DNA of 64,000 bases, taken from positions 13,177-77,176 of the forward strand of contig CAYSFW010000005.1 in assembly GCA_964430355.1 (NCBI GenBank), read 5' to 3'. Positions 17,570-27,463 of this stretch are shown one piece after another. The DNA comes from an uncultured Thiotrichales bacterium (lineage in GTDB: Bacteria > Pseudomonadota > Gammaproteobacteria > UWMA-0217). How positions within the stretch are numbered: the stretch's first letter is position 1; every line of letters starts with the position of its first letter. A program made the position numbers and the translations under genes. Below the pieces are notes generated by a model. That model searched no databases. It saw only the letters and a program-made list of their open reading frames with translations, and was not told the origin of the DNA.

Positions 17570-20248
17570 ATGACGACGCTAAATCTCGATTATCTGTTCC
17601 GTCCCAGCTCCGTGGCCTTGATCGGGGCATCGAACCGGCCGCGCAGTGTCGGCGCGGTGGTGATGCGCAACCTGCTAGCTGGCGGATTCTTGGGGCCGGT
17701 GATGCCCGTCAATCCTCGGCATCAGGCGGTTTCGGGCGTCTTGGCTTACCCCGAGGCCGGGGCGCTGCCTGTCGTGCCGGAGCTGGCCGTGATTGCCACG
17801 CCGCCGAAGAGTGTGCCCGGGCTGATCGATGAATTGGGCGCGCGCGGTACCCGAGCGGCCATCGTCATGACCGCGGCGCTCGGTCAGCACCGCGACGAGC
17901 AGGGCCGGACCATGCTGGAGCTCATGCTTGAGGCCGGGCGCCGGCACGGCGTGCGCATTCTCGGACCGAACTGCCTGGGGCTCATTGTGCCAGGGATCGG
18001 TCTGAATGCGAGCTTCTCTCACACCGGCATCCTGCCGGGCAGGATTGCGTTCCTGTCGCAGTCTGGCGCGCTGTGCACAACGGTGCTCGATTGGGCGAAG
18101 TCGCGCGGGATCGGGTTCTCGCACTTCGTTTCGCTCGGTGACAACGCCGATGTGGATTTCGGTGACCTGCTCGACTACCTCGGCTCCGACCCGAGTACCG
18201 AAGCGATCCTGCTCTACATCGAGTCCATCAAGGATGCGCGCAAGTTTATGTCGGCAGCGCGCGCCGCGGCGCGCAACAAGCCGGTGCTCGCGATCAAGTC
18301 AGGCCGGGTGGCCGAAGGCGCCAAGGCAGCAGCCTCGCACACCGGCGCACTGGCCGGCGCGGACGATGTGTATGACGCCGCCTTTGCCCGCGCGGGCATG
18401 CTACGGGTCTTTGAGATCGACGAGCTGTTCGACGCGGTGGAGACGCTGGCGCGGGCCCGGCCGCTGGCCGGCGACCGGCTGGCCATCCTTACCAACGGCG
18501 GGGGGCCAGGGGTGATGGCGGTCGACTACCTCATCTCGAGCGGGGGTCGACTGGCGGAGCTCAACGAAAGGACCATCGCCGCGCTTGATGCGGCATTGCC
18601 CGCCTCGTGGTCGCGCGCCAATCCGGTGGACATCATCGGGGATGCGCCGGATTCCCGGTATGCGGATGGGGTGCGCACGCTGCTGAAGTGCGAGCAGATC
18701 GACGCGCTGCTGGTGATGCACGCGCCGACTGCGATCGCGCCGAGTGAGGAATCGGCCAGGGCCGTGGTCGAGGCGGTCGCCGGCACGCGGCGCAACGTCC
18801 TCACCTGCTGGCTGGGGCAGCAGGGCGTGCAGCTGGCGCGCGACATTTTCCGGCAGGCCGGGATTCCCACCTACGACACGCCGGAGAGCGCGGTGCGCGC
18901 CTTCATGCACATGGTGCGTTACCGGCGCAATCAGGAACTGCTGATGGAGACGCCCGCATCCGTGCCGAGCGAATTCACGCCGGCCACGACCACGGCGCGG
19001 CTGGTGCTGGAGAATGCCATCGCGGAGGGCCGCGAGCAGCTCAGCGAGCCCGAGGCCAAGGCGGTGCTGGCGGCCTACGGCATTCCGGTGGTCGAGACGC
19101 ACATCGCCAGCACGCCGGAGTCGGCTGCGCACCTTGCGCTGGAAATCGGCTTTCCCGTGGCGCTCAAGATCCTCTCGCCGGACATCATCCACAAGTCCGA
19201 TGTCGGCGGCGTGGTGCTCGATCTCGAGGGCCCCGAGGACGTGGTGCGGGCGGCGCAGGGGATGCTCAACCGGGTGCGCGAAATCCACCCGGAGGCCAAG
19301 CTGCGAGGCTTTTCAATCCAGAAGATGGCGCGCCGGCCGGGTGCATACGAGTTGATCATTGGCGCGGCCACCGACCCGATTTTCGGACCCGTCTTGCTGT
19401 TCGGTCAGGGCGGGGTAGCCGTCGAGGTGATCAAGGACCGTGCCGTCGCGCTGCCACCCCTGAACATGAACCTCGCGCGCGAGCTCATTGGGCGCACGCG
19501 CGTCTCGCGTCTGTTGGCCGGGTACCGCGGACGGCCCGCCGCCGATCTCGATGCCGTCAAACTCACCCTGATTCAGGTTTCGCAGATTATCGTCGACCTG
19601 CCGGAGATCGTCGAACTCGACATCAACCCCTTGTTTGCCGACCACGAGGGCGTGCTCGCACTCGATGCACGCATCCGCGTGCAACCGGTGACGCGGCCGG
19701 GCGACGTGCGGCTGGCGATCCGCCCATACCCCAAACACCTCGAGGAGAAGGTGACGCTGCCCAACGGCAAGAAGCTGCTGATCCGGCCGATCCGGCCCGA
19801 GGACGAGCCGGCCCATCACGTGTTCATTTCCAAGCTAACGCCCGAGGACATCCGGTTCCGCTTCTTTGGCCTGCTGCGCGAGATTCCGCACTCGCAGATG
19901 GCGCGCTTTACGCAGATCGACTACGACCGCGAAATGGCCTTCATTGCCACCGCGCCAGATGAGCACGGACAGCCTGAGACCCTGGGCGTGGTGCGTACGG
20001 TCACTGATCCCGACAACGTTCGCACGGAGTTTGCGATCATCGTGCGTTCCGACTTCCAGGGTCAGAAGCTCGGTCGCGTGCTCATGGAAAAAATGATCCG
20101 CTACTGCCGGGAGCGCGGCACGCGGGAGATCTTCATGCTCACCCTGTTCGACAATCGGGCCATGCAGGCGCTCGCGGCACGCTTCGGCTTCGAGAGCCGG
20201 ATGTCCGACGACGGCGAGACCGTGGAGCTCAAGCTGCGGCTGGCTTGA
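17570..20248 (+). CDS. pat: protein lysine acetyltransferase Pat (NDP-forming acyl-CoA synthetase-like domains + C-terminal GNAT)
   Basis: CoA-binding N-terminus ('VALIGASNRPRSVG'), ATP-grasp region and a C-terminal GNAT ('FAIIVRSDFQGQKLGRVLM'). 892 aa. Confidence 0.85.
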   Translation: MTTLNLDYLFRPSSVALIGASNRPRSVGAVVMRNLLAGGFLGPVMPVNPRHQAVSGVLAYPEAGALPVVPELAVIATPPKSVPGLIDELGARGTRAAIVMTAALGQHRDEQGRTMLELMLEAGRRHGVRILGPNCLGLIVPGIGLNASFSHTGILPGRIAFLSQSGALCTTVLDWAKSRGIGFSHFVSLGDNADVDFGDLLDYLGSDPSTEAILLYIESIKDARKFMSAARAAARNKPVLAIKSGRVAEGAKAAASHTGALAGADDVYDAAFARAGMLRVFEIDELFDAVETLARARPLAGDRLAILTNGGGPGVMAVDYLISSGGRLAELNERTIAALDAALPASWSRANPVDIIGDAPDSRYADGVRTLLKCEQIDALLVMHAPTAIAPSEESARAVVEAVAGTRRNVLTCWLGQQGVQLARDIFRQAGIPTYDTPESAVRAFMHMVRYRRNQELLMETPASVPSEFTPATTTARLVLENAIAEGREQLSEPEAKAVLAAYGIPVVETHIASTPESAAHLALEIGFPVALKILSPDIIHKSDVGGVVLDLEGPEDVVRAAQGMLNRVREIHPEAKLRGFSIQKMARRPGAYELIIGAATDPIFGPVLLFGQGGVAVEVIKDRAVALPPLNMNLARELIGRTRVSRLLAGYRGRPAADLDAVKLTLIQVSQIIVDLPEIVELDINPLFADHEGVLALDARIRVQPVTRPGDVRLAIRPYPKHLEEKVTLPNGKKLLIRPIRPEDEPAHHVFISKLTPEDIRFRFFGLLREIPHSQMARFTQIDYDREMAFIATAPDEHGQPETLGVVRTVTDPDNVRTEFAIIVRSDFQGQKLGRVLMEKMIRYCRERGTREIFMLTLFDNRAMQALAARFGFESRMSDDGETVELKLRLA

Positions 20249-20266
20249 TCACGAACACCCGCAGCG

Positions 20267-20287
20267 AACGCCGCAAGAGCGGCGTTT
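20267..20287. terminator. bidirectional terminator-like hairpin between pat and the sel1 gene
   Basis: AACGCCGC-aaga-GCGGCGTT perfect 8-bp stem followed by TTT, 19 nt after the pat stop. Confidence 0.4.
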
Positions 20288-20338
20288 AGCTCATCCGCTA
20301 TTGCAAGCAGAACGCAGATGAGTCCACCGGCAACGCAA

Positions 20339-20920
20339 TCAGGGGGGTTCGAAGGCGGCCACGCGGCTCGTCGTGACCTCGGTGCTCATCCCGGCACGGC
20401 GCTTGAGCTCTGCCAGCACTGCCTCGCTGTCGCGCTGCATCGCCGATACCCTGTCCCTCTCGGCCTGTGCTTCGAGTAGCGCTCGGGCCTGTGTCTGCCA
20501 CTCCAGGAATTGAGCGGAGTGATGATTATGGAGATGCGCTCGGCGATGCTGGGTAAACCACTCGTGTGCGCGCTTTGCATCAGCAGGGACACCTTCGCCC
20601 TTGAGGTACATCATGCCGAGCTCATACTGCGAGGCGCGATCGCCACCCTTGGCGGCCATTTCGTACCAGCGCATAGCTTCGGCAGCGTCGTAGGGAACAC
20701 CGCTGGCGTAGTGGTAGACCGTCCCGAGATTGTAAGCGGCGTTGACATCACCTTGCTGCGCCCAGTGTTTCCACAACTTGATGGCGCTGGCCGAATCACC
20801 CTTGTAGTAGTGTTGCGCGGCCCGATACAGATCCTCGTCGAACGTCTCCTGCGCGACCAGCGCGATGGGGCTGACACCAATCATCAAGGCGGTTGCCAAT
20901 GCGAGTTTGCGTGCTGTCAT
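20339..20920 (-). CDS. Sel1-repeat (TPR-like) periplasmic protein
   Basis: Signal peptide, then repeated 'A..YNLG..Y..G.GVP.D..EA..W' Sel1 units. Confidence 0.7.
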   Translation of the reverse strand: MTARKLALATALMIGVSPIALVAQETFDEDLYRAAQHYYKGDSASAIKLWKHWAQQGDVNAAYNLGTVYHYASGVPYDAAEAMRWYEMAAKGGDRASQYELGMMYLKGEGVPADAKRAHEWFTQHRRAHLHNHHSAQFLEWQTQARALLEAQAERDRVSAMQRDSEAVLAELKRRAGMSTEVTTSRVAAFEPP

Positions 20921-21059
20921 GGTGCGCTCCGCGGTAATGGATGCGTCATCATAGCCATGCGCAAGGGCCGGAAGAATGAGACAAATCGACGCGCGACAAA
21001 CCGTCGCACCTGGGGCACGGCAGCGGGAACACCGGGTTGGGGGCGAAGGATGGCGCAAG

Positions 21060-21278
21060 CTAGAGCCCCAGCAGCCATTGAATCACACCCTTCGCTGCGA
21101 AGCCGAGGATGCCAAAGGCCAGCACGAAAAACAGCACGAAGGTGCCGAACCGTCCTGCTTTGGACGCCTTGGCCAAGTCCCAGATGATGTAGAGCATGAG
21201 CAGGATGAAGCCGCCAATGCCGTAGGTCAGGCCAAAATCGGCGATTTGCGCCTCGGTGAGTCCGAACAGGGGTTGCAT
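21060..21278 (-). CDS. small membrane protein (DUF2788-like)
   Basis: 72-aa ORF with two hydrophobic helices. Confidence 0.45.
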   Translation of the reverse strand: MQPLFGLTEAQIADFGLTYGIGGFILLMLYIIWDLAKASKAGRFGTFVLFFVLAFGILGFAAKGVIQWLLGL

Positions 21279-21293
21279 GGGGCCGATTCCGTA

Positions 21294-22082
21294 TCAGCTG
21301 CGCCGCGGTAGGGACGAGGCGTCCACCAGATCGCGATAGGCGTGCCAGGTCGCATGGCCGACAACGGGGATGATGACGATGAACCCGAGCATGAGCGTGG
21401 CCAGCCCGATGACGGTCGCGAGCATGATGATCACCGCCCAGAGCGCGAGCGCAAAGGGGTTCTCGGCGACGGCGCGCAGGCTGGTCTCCACGGCGGTCAG
21501 GAGCGAGACGTCGCGGTCGAGCAGCAACGGCGCCGAGACCACGGAGGCGGCAAACACCAGCGATGCCATGACACCACCCAGCGTCATCCAGATCGGAAAC
21601 AGGTGCGAGCCCTCCGACAGCACGACATGCCGCACGAAGTCGTCGAAGCCCGTGATGGAATCCTGCACGAACAGGGCAACCAGCACGGCCGAGATCAGTA
21701 CCCAGAGGGTGGCGACCAGGGCCAGCGCGAGTCCGAGCCACACCAGGTGACACGCGCCGCAGCGCCAGGCCGCGATCACGTGGTCCCAGTGCGGCCGTTC
21801 GCCGAGTTCGCGGCGACGGCTCAGCTCGTACAGCCCGGTGGCGAGTATCGGCCCGATAAGCAGAAACCCCGAGACCGCGCCAGGCAGCAAGTACCAGACG
21901 ACCAAGGCCACGGTGACGATGACTTGTCCGCCGACGGCCAGCAGCAGGCCATGTACGACACTCGGCCAGCCGATGCACAGCAGGTCGAGCCACCCAGCGC
22001 GCAGCCACCGCAAGGGTTGCAGCAACGAGACGCTGCGCACGCTGGGCAAGGCTGTTTCGGCGATCGGTTCCAGTGCTGGCAT
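21294..22082 (-). CDS. integral membrane protein (DUF2189-like)
   Basis: 262 aa with several transmembrane segments. No catalytic motif recognised. Confidence 0.5.
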   Translation of the reverse strand: MPALEPIAETALPSVRSVSLLQPLRWLRAGWLDLLCIGWPSVVHGLLLAVGGQVIVTVALVVWYLLPGAVSGFLLIGPILATGLYELSRRRELGERPHWDHVIAAWRCGACHLVWLGLALALVATLWVLISAVLVALFVQDSITGFDDFVRHVVLSEGSHLFPIWMTLGGVMASLVFAASVVSAPLLLDRDVSLLTAVETSLRAVAENPFALALWAVIIMLATVIGLATLMLGFIVIIPVVGHATWHAYRDLVDASSLPRRS

Positions 22083-22190
22083 GGTCCTGCGCCCGTGGCG
22101 TCGGGCAACGAGATGGGCGTTGTCGGAGTATAGCGACGAACGCCCTGGGTAGTGGGTCGCTACGCGTCGCGAGACGGGTACAAGGCGCCG

Positions 22191-23564
22191 CTACTCGGCC
22201 TCGTGTTGCCTGGCGGGTGGGTAGATTCGGCTTCGGGCCAGGTGGAGCAGCCTGAGCTGACCGCCGGGTTCACTCTTGCAGGCCCGCGGCAAGCATCGTT
22301 TGATCAGGTCAGCGCGGTGCTGGAATACGACCTCGTCGCAGTAATCGCCGCCCAAAGCCGCAGCGCGCTCGATCGACCGCGCGAGCGCCTCTCGATCCGC
22401 ATGCAAGCGGATGACTCGCTTCGCCAGCGCGTCGGCGTCGCCGCGGGGGGCCAGCATCGCCTCACCGTCCCCCTGCAGCAGGTCGCGCGGATAGGGACTG
22501 TCGTAACCGAGCAGCGGGGTGCCGGCCATCAGGCTCTCTATAAGGCAGCGCGGTGACTCGGGCGTATGGTGACAGAACAGAAACATATCGGCATCGCGTA
22601 AGTGATCGAGCAGGGTCGCGCGATCGCTGACGTGTCCCGGAAAGCTCACCGCCGCGCCGAGGCCGAGCCGCTGCACCTCCGCGCGCGCGTCCTCAAGCAG
22701 TGGGCCGTCACCCAGCCATTGCGCGCGGAACGCCACGCCGGCCTCGCGCAAACGGGCGAGCACGCGGATCCAGTCGAAGGGCCCTTTCATTGCCACGACC
22801 CGACCGGCGTACGCGATGCGCAGCGGCTCATGGCGGCGCAGTCGGGCGATCTTGGCGGCCAGGGCGTCGGGCGTGATGCGATCCTCGGCCTTGAGATGGA
22901 TGTCATGCACCAGATGGGGTGATCCGTTCCAGCGTGCGTAGAAATCATACGTGTCGCGACCGTGGAACAGCCCGAGCGCGGCGCGCTGGATGATGTAGCG
23001 TTCGAGCCGGAACATCAGGGGCGATCTGAAGAGCCGGTTGCGCGTCCACTGATAAGCGCGGCGCAGTCCCGCAAAGTCCAGGTGTTCCCGGCAAGTCACA
23101 GCGTGTTCGACACGGTCGGTCCACACGGCGAACGCTCGGCGTTGCGAAATCGCTTCAAGTGCGGCAACCGATGCCCAGTCGCCGATCAGGCCACCGACGG
23201 CGAAGCACAGATACTCAGATCTCGCGATCTGCAGGGCCAGCAGGCGGCGTGTCGCTGGCAGCGTCGGGATGAAAGTGCGGGTCTGGTAGGCCCAGGGCAA
23301 CGGCACGCATTCGATGCGCTCGTGTGCCCCGATGTGCGCCACGGGCAGATAAGTGCTGGTCGAACCCGGCCCGCGACGAGTGTGCGTGCCAGCGTCGAGG
23401 GGCGCTGCGACGATGACTTTGCGGAAGTGCCGCGCCCACAGATCGAGCCCGTTGCACGCTTGCGCCTCGAACAGAAGCTCCCCGCCGGCAGCGCGACGGA
23501 ATGGCACGGGCAGGACCAGCAGTATCGAGTCTCGCTCGAAGGCGTTCATGTGCAACCTTGTCAT
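22191..23564 (-). CDS. glycosyltransferase, GT4-like (GT-B fold)
   Basis: 'ESPRCLIESLMAGTPLLG' matches the E-X7-E GT4 motif region. Confidence 0.7.
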   Translation of the reverse strand: MTRLHMNAFERDSILLVLPVPFRRAAGGELLFEAQACNGLDLWARHFRKVIVAAPLDAGTHTRRGPGSTSTYLPVAHIGAHERIECVPLPWAYQTRTFIPTLPATRRLLALQIARSEYLCFAVGGLIGDWASVAALEAISQRRAFAVWTDRVEHAVTCREHLDFAGLRRAYQWTRNRLFRSPLMFRLERYIIQRAALGLFHGRDTYDFYARWNGSPHLVHDIHLKAEDRITPDALAAKIARLRRHEPLRIAYAGRVVAMKGPFDWIRVLARLREAGVAFRAQWLGDGPLLEDARAEVQRLGLGAAVSFPGHVSDRATLLDHLRDADMFLFCHHTPESPRCLIESLMAGTPLLGYDSPYPRDLLQGDGEAMLAPRGDADALAKRVIRLHADREALARSIERAAALGGDYCDEVVFQHRADLIKRCLPRACKSEPGGQLRLLHLARSRIYPPARQHEAE

Positions 23565-24111
23565 TCGTCGCCGGCTCCGGTTGATCGATGCGCTGAATCA
23601 CCCACCGCGACACCCGTGTTGCGCTGTCGGTGATACGCGCCACGCCGCGCGAGCCAAGCCTGATCGGCTTGGCTCTGACTCCATGGCCGCGCGACCGCGA
23701 GGCAGCGCTTTGCTGCCTCGCGATTGGACAAGGTTAGGGCGTAATTGTTTCGATTAGTTCTCGTTTTGAGTGAAAGAAACAATTGTTAACTGTTGTTATG
23801 CTGTGTTTTGTTGCTGTCGGTGGGGCGTGGCAGCGGGTCGGCGACCGGAACGTGATGGGGCGGTGAGGCCGCGGTCAAGGTGGCCGGTCTCGGTGCCGGT
23901 GGGCACGGCCGCGCTGCGAGCGCGCAAGATCTAGAACGCGACGCGGTCTACCTTAAGAAACACTGATGAATTTCTCTGTTGCCCCAAGGGAGGGGTAAGC
24001 ATGCAAGGGAAAGTCCGTTGATTCAGCAAGTTGCCGTCTCCCCCGCTAGCGCGGGGAGGAAGCGAAATGGTCAGAATTTGCTTCGTTGGGCAACAGCGAC
24101 GGCTCGGGCTG

Positions 24112-24567
24112 TCATTTGCGCGGGCCGGGCGGGGACTGGATCTGGTAGGCTTGATGGCAGGCCACGCAGCGGCCGAGCGTCTCGCCGAGTTGCGCCAGGG
24201 TGTGTTGCGTATCCCCGAGCGTGTCTGCATCGAGCGCGATGCGGTCGAAATCGGCGTGTACCGAGAATCCGAGATTGCGGAACTCGGGCGGGAGTTGCCG
24301 CTTGAGTGACTCCGGCACTTCGTGCGTCATCGCTGCCCCCAGCGATTTCGCGGTCGCGGCGACGGACTTGAAGTCGCCTTTCGCGAGCGCCTGGGTCATC
24401 CGTTGCAGGCCGGCGAGGAAGGCGCGCATTTCGGCGAGCACATGGGCTCGATCGGTCGCGCTGAGGGTGATGACCGTGCGCTTGTCGGCTAGTTCCGCAG
24501 GGTGATCCGGAGCGGCTACCGCAGGCAGGGCGTGGATCAGGAGCAGGGATGCAATCAGCGTTCGCAT
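24112..24567 (-). CDS. cytochrome c' (class II cytochrome c)
   Basis: Signal peptide, about 130-aa helical body and a single C-terminal CxxCH ('CVACH') heme motif, which is the class II topology. Confidence 0.6.
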   Translation of the reverse strand: MRTLIASLLLIHALPAVAAPDHPAELADKRTVITLSATDRAHVLAEMRAFLAGLQRMTQALAKGDFKSVAATAKSLGAAMTHEVPESLKRQLPPEFRNLGFSVHADFDRIALDADTLGDTQHTLAQLGETLGRCVACHQAYQIQSPPGPRK

Positions 24568-24571
24568 GGCG

Positions 24572-25525
24572 TCAGTCTCCGTTTTCGATGCGTTGCCACG
24601 AGTTTTCATTGAGCTGGACTTCGTAGGCCGCCCAGCGCGAAAACTCCGCGCGGGTGGCGATCCCGCTGTCGCGGCGACGCAGCCCTGCCACGACCCGGTA
24701 GATCACCGTGCCACCGTCAGGCTCGTTGTCGCCCGATTCGTCGATCACCCGTCGAATCTCCCACTCGTCACCGTACTTGCCGTTGCTGTAGTAGTGGCCG
24801 AGCCGGATCGAGCGCGGATGCAGTGTTTCGCGGGTGTGCCGGTGCATCGCGATGTCGTAGATGCGCAGCAGATCCTGTTCGCTGACGTCGACGAAGGAGC
24901 CGATCTCGCTGAGGGCGTAGACGAAATCCGCGTGGCTGATCGCGGGCTCGCTCGTGGGTTCGGCCTCTGGCGCCCGCAGGCGCGGCTTGAGCGCGGCCGG
25001 ATAGCGCCGCCAGGCAAGCGGGTAGTTGAACGCGATGGCGACGACGAGCAGGACGATGAGGTTCTCCAAGACGGGCGTGAGCACAAACCCGTATCCGAGG
25101 GACTGGATCTGTGGTCCGCCCACGGCCGCGACGAGCGCAGTGCCTCCGCCGGGCGGATGGATGCAACGCAGGTAGTGCATCGCACCAATGCTGAGCCCGA
25201 CCGCAAGCGCCCCGGCCAGCGCGGGCTCTGCGACCGTCTTCGCGCAGGTCACACCGATCAGTGCGGCGATGAGGTGCCCCCCGGCGAGCGGCCAGGGTTG
25301 CGAAAACGGGCCGTGCGGGGCGGCGAAGAGCAGGACCGCGCTCGCACCCATGGAGGCGACGACCAGCATAGCGCCGGTGTCGCCCACGAACGCGCGGGCC
25401 ACCCAGAACGTGGCCAGTATGCCGATGAACCCGCCGAGTGCCGAGAGCGAGCGCTCCGTGTGACTGACAGGCGCCCCGGCCACGCCGAGCCACTGCACGA
25501 GCCGGGCGGCGATGGGGTGGTTCAA
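24572..25525 (-). CDS. HPP-family membrane protein with a cytoplasmic C-terminal extension
   Basis: Four hydrophobic segments including the 'HPPGGG' family motif, then a ~110-aa soluble C-terminal domain. The stop lies 4 nt before the cytochrome c' start. Confidence 0.6.
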   Translation of the reverse strand: MNHPIAARLVQWLGVAGAPVSHTERSLSALGGFIGILATFWVARAFVGDTGAMLVVASMGASAVLLFAAPHGPFSQPWPLAGGHLIAALIGVTCAKTVAEPALAGALAVGLSIGAMHYLRCIHPPGGGTALVAAVGGPQIQSLGYGFVLTPVLENLIVLLVVAIAFNYPLAWRRYPAALKPRLRAPEAEPTSEPAISHADFVYALSEIGSFVDVSEQDLLRIYDIAMHRHTRETLHPRSIRLGHYYSNGKYGDEWEIRRVIDESGDNEPDGGTVIYRVVAGLRRRDSGIATRAEFSRWAAYEVQLNENSWQRIENGD

Positions 25526-25834
25526 TGCGCGATTCCGGTAGCGAGCGCGGGACGTTCGTCAGCCTGGCCGTACCCGCCAGCTGCCACACACACGTTCGGG
25601 ATTCTTCGCTCAGTCATGGCCTTGCGCACCGAAGCAGGGGTTCACTCGTCATTAGGGGCGCGCTGACTATTGCACCCGGAATGCCTGAGAGCAAGCTAGG
25701 GCCCGCACCACCTCGCGGCGGTTACTTCGGCGAAGCACGAATGAAACGCCCGCTCCCTTGGGGCGAGGGGCAGGCGAGAGAGAGGGAACGGGTCGCTCAG
25801 CATGGCCCTCGCGTGCTGGCCGGCGACGGCCGAG

Positions 25835-26230
25835 TCAGCGCCTGACATCGGCCCCAAACGTCCAGAAGTGGTTGGCGGAGAAGTTCCAGAGCAGCACGAG
25901 CGCAGTGGTGATCGCCTGCGCCAACAGGTAATAAATCCCCAACCTCACGGCCAACACCTCCATGCCAAGCGCGTTGAGGACGAAGCCGACGCCAGCGACC
26001 GCAAGAAACCGGGTCAGCGCAACCCGGTGCTCGGCCTGCGATCGGTAGTTCCAGCGATAGTTGAGCGCGTAGTTGACCAGTGCGCCGGCGATCGCACCCA
26101 GGCTCGACCCCGCCACCGGCCCCATACCGAGCACGTCCACGCCCAGCGCGAGCACCGCAAAGTGACACAGCGTGCCGAGGACGCCGAACGCGGCGAAGGT
26201 CAGGAAATGTCGAACCGTGCTGGCCACGTC
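25835..26230 (-). CDS. GtrA-family polysaccharide biosynthesis membrane protein
   Basis: 'LVNYALNYRWNYR' and 'NFSANHFWTF' are typical of GtrA. Start uncertain, possibly a GTG. Confidence 0.55.
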   Translation of the reverse strand, partial: DVASTVRHFLTFAAFGVLGTLCHFAVLALGVDVLGMGPVAGSSLGAIAGALVNYALNYRWNYRSQAEHRVALTRFLAVAGVGFVLNALGMEVLAVRLGIYYLLAQAITTALVLLWNFSANHFWTFGADVRR

Positions 26231-26317
26231 GGGTGTGCCTATGCCGTGATCCCGTCGCGGACGGGATCCGCCGGTGGCAACGCGGGTTGCCCGGTGCACC
26301 GGCTACAATCGTCGTGC

Positions 26318-27340
26318 ATGATGACCACCGAGCATCCCCTCATGTCCGCAAGCCCCGCATCCGCCCAGTCCACCGCGCCGGCACAGCCCGAACTGAGCCT
26401 CGTTGCGCCGGCCTACCGTGAGTCCGCCCACCTTGCCACATTCGTGAGCGAGGTTGAACGACAACTCGCGCCGTGCGGCGTGGACTTTGAGCTGATCGTC
26501 GTAGACGACGGCAGCCCGGACGACACCTTCGAGGTTCTCACCCGGCTGGCTGCCCGGCGCCCGTGGCTGCGTGGGTTGCGGCTGTCGCGCAATTTCGGCA
26601 AGGAGGCGGCGCTGCACGCGGGCCTGGCCGAAGCGCGCGGCCGCGCAGTGGTCACGCTGGATGCCGACCTCCAGCATCCACTCGCGCTCGTACCGGCCAT
26701 GCTCGAGGCCTGGCGGAGGGGTGCTGAGGTTGTGCACGCCGTCAAGACCGAACGCGCCGCGCACGGGCGGGCCTACTCGCTCGCGGCCAACGCCTTCACC
26801 GCGTTGTTGTCGCGCTTGTCCGGCGTCGCCCTGCGTGATGCGTCGGACTACAAGCTGCTCGACCGCGGGGTGGTGGACATCCTGGTGCGCGACCTGCCCG
26901 AGCGGGAAAGGTTCTTTCGCGGACTGGCGCAGTGGGTCGGCTTCCGGCAAGTGGAGATCCCGTTCGACGTCGCACCCGGCACGCGGGACGAGCGGCGCTG
27001 GACGCTGCAGGGCCTGGTCAAGCTCGCGGTATCGGCCCTTGTCTCCTTCACCAACCTGCCGATGCAGCTCGTGACGTTGTTTGGTTTTATCACCCTGCTG
27101 CTGTCAATCGGACTCGGTGGCGAGGCCCTGGTCTCGTGGGTGCGAGGCGAGGCCGTCGCGGGCTTTCTCACCATCATTTCCGTCCTGCTCATCCTCGGCA
27201 GCTTCATCATGATCAGCCTCGGCATCATCGGCGTCTACATCGCCAAGATCTACGAGGAGGTGAAACGCCGGCCGATGTTCATCGTGCACCGGCGGCTGCC
27301 GGGCGGCGACGAGGTTGCCGGGGGGCGTGATGGTGACTGA
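26318..27340 (+). CDS. GT2 polyprenyl-phosphate glycosyltransferase (DPM1/ArnC/GtrB-like)
   Basis: 'LIVVDDGSPDDT', 'TLDADLQHP', and two C-terminal transmembrane segments. The tracked ORF 25802.. is an upstream run-on; the real ATG is at 26318. Confidence 0.8.
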   Translation: MMTTEHPLMSASPASAQSTAPAQPELSLVAPAYRESAHLATFVSEVERQLAPCGVDFELIVVDDGSPDDTFEVLTRLAARRPWLRGLRLSRNFGKEAALHAGLAEARGRAVVTLDADLQHPLALVPAMLEAWRRGAEVVHAVKTERAAHGRAYSLAANAFTALLSRLSGVALRDASDYKLLDRGVVDILVRDLPERERFFRGLAQWVGFRQVEIPFDVAPGTRDERRWTLQGLVKLAVSALVSFTNLPMQLVTLFGFITLLLSIGLGGEALVSWVRGEAVAGFLTIISVLLILGSFIMISLGIIGVYIAKIYEEVKRRPMFIVHRRLPGGDEVAGGRDGD

Positions 27341-27463
27341 CGCGGTACCCGGACCTTGGGGTATCGCACGGGGGAACCGTCCGGCATGGGTGGGTACGGC
27401 GGAAGCGAGCCTATGCCGAGCGGCATGGCGCGAAGGCAAGGGGTGTGCCCGCAGACGCTGCGC

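Noticed and set aside
25802-26317. N-terminal 170 codons of tracked ORF 25802..27340, overlapping gtrA on the opposite strand
   Set aside because: The translation is Arg/Gly-rich low-complexity. The GT2 homology only begins at the in-frame ATG 26318 (MMTTEHP...). The minus-strand GtrA reading has clear family motifs.
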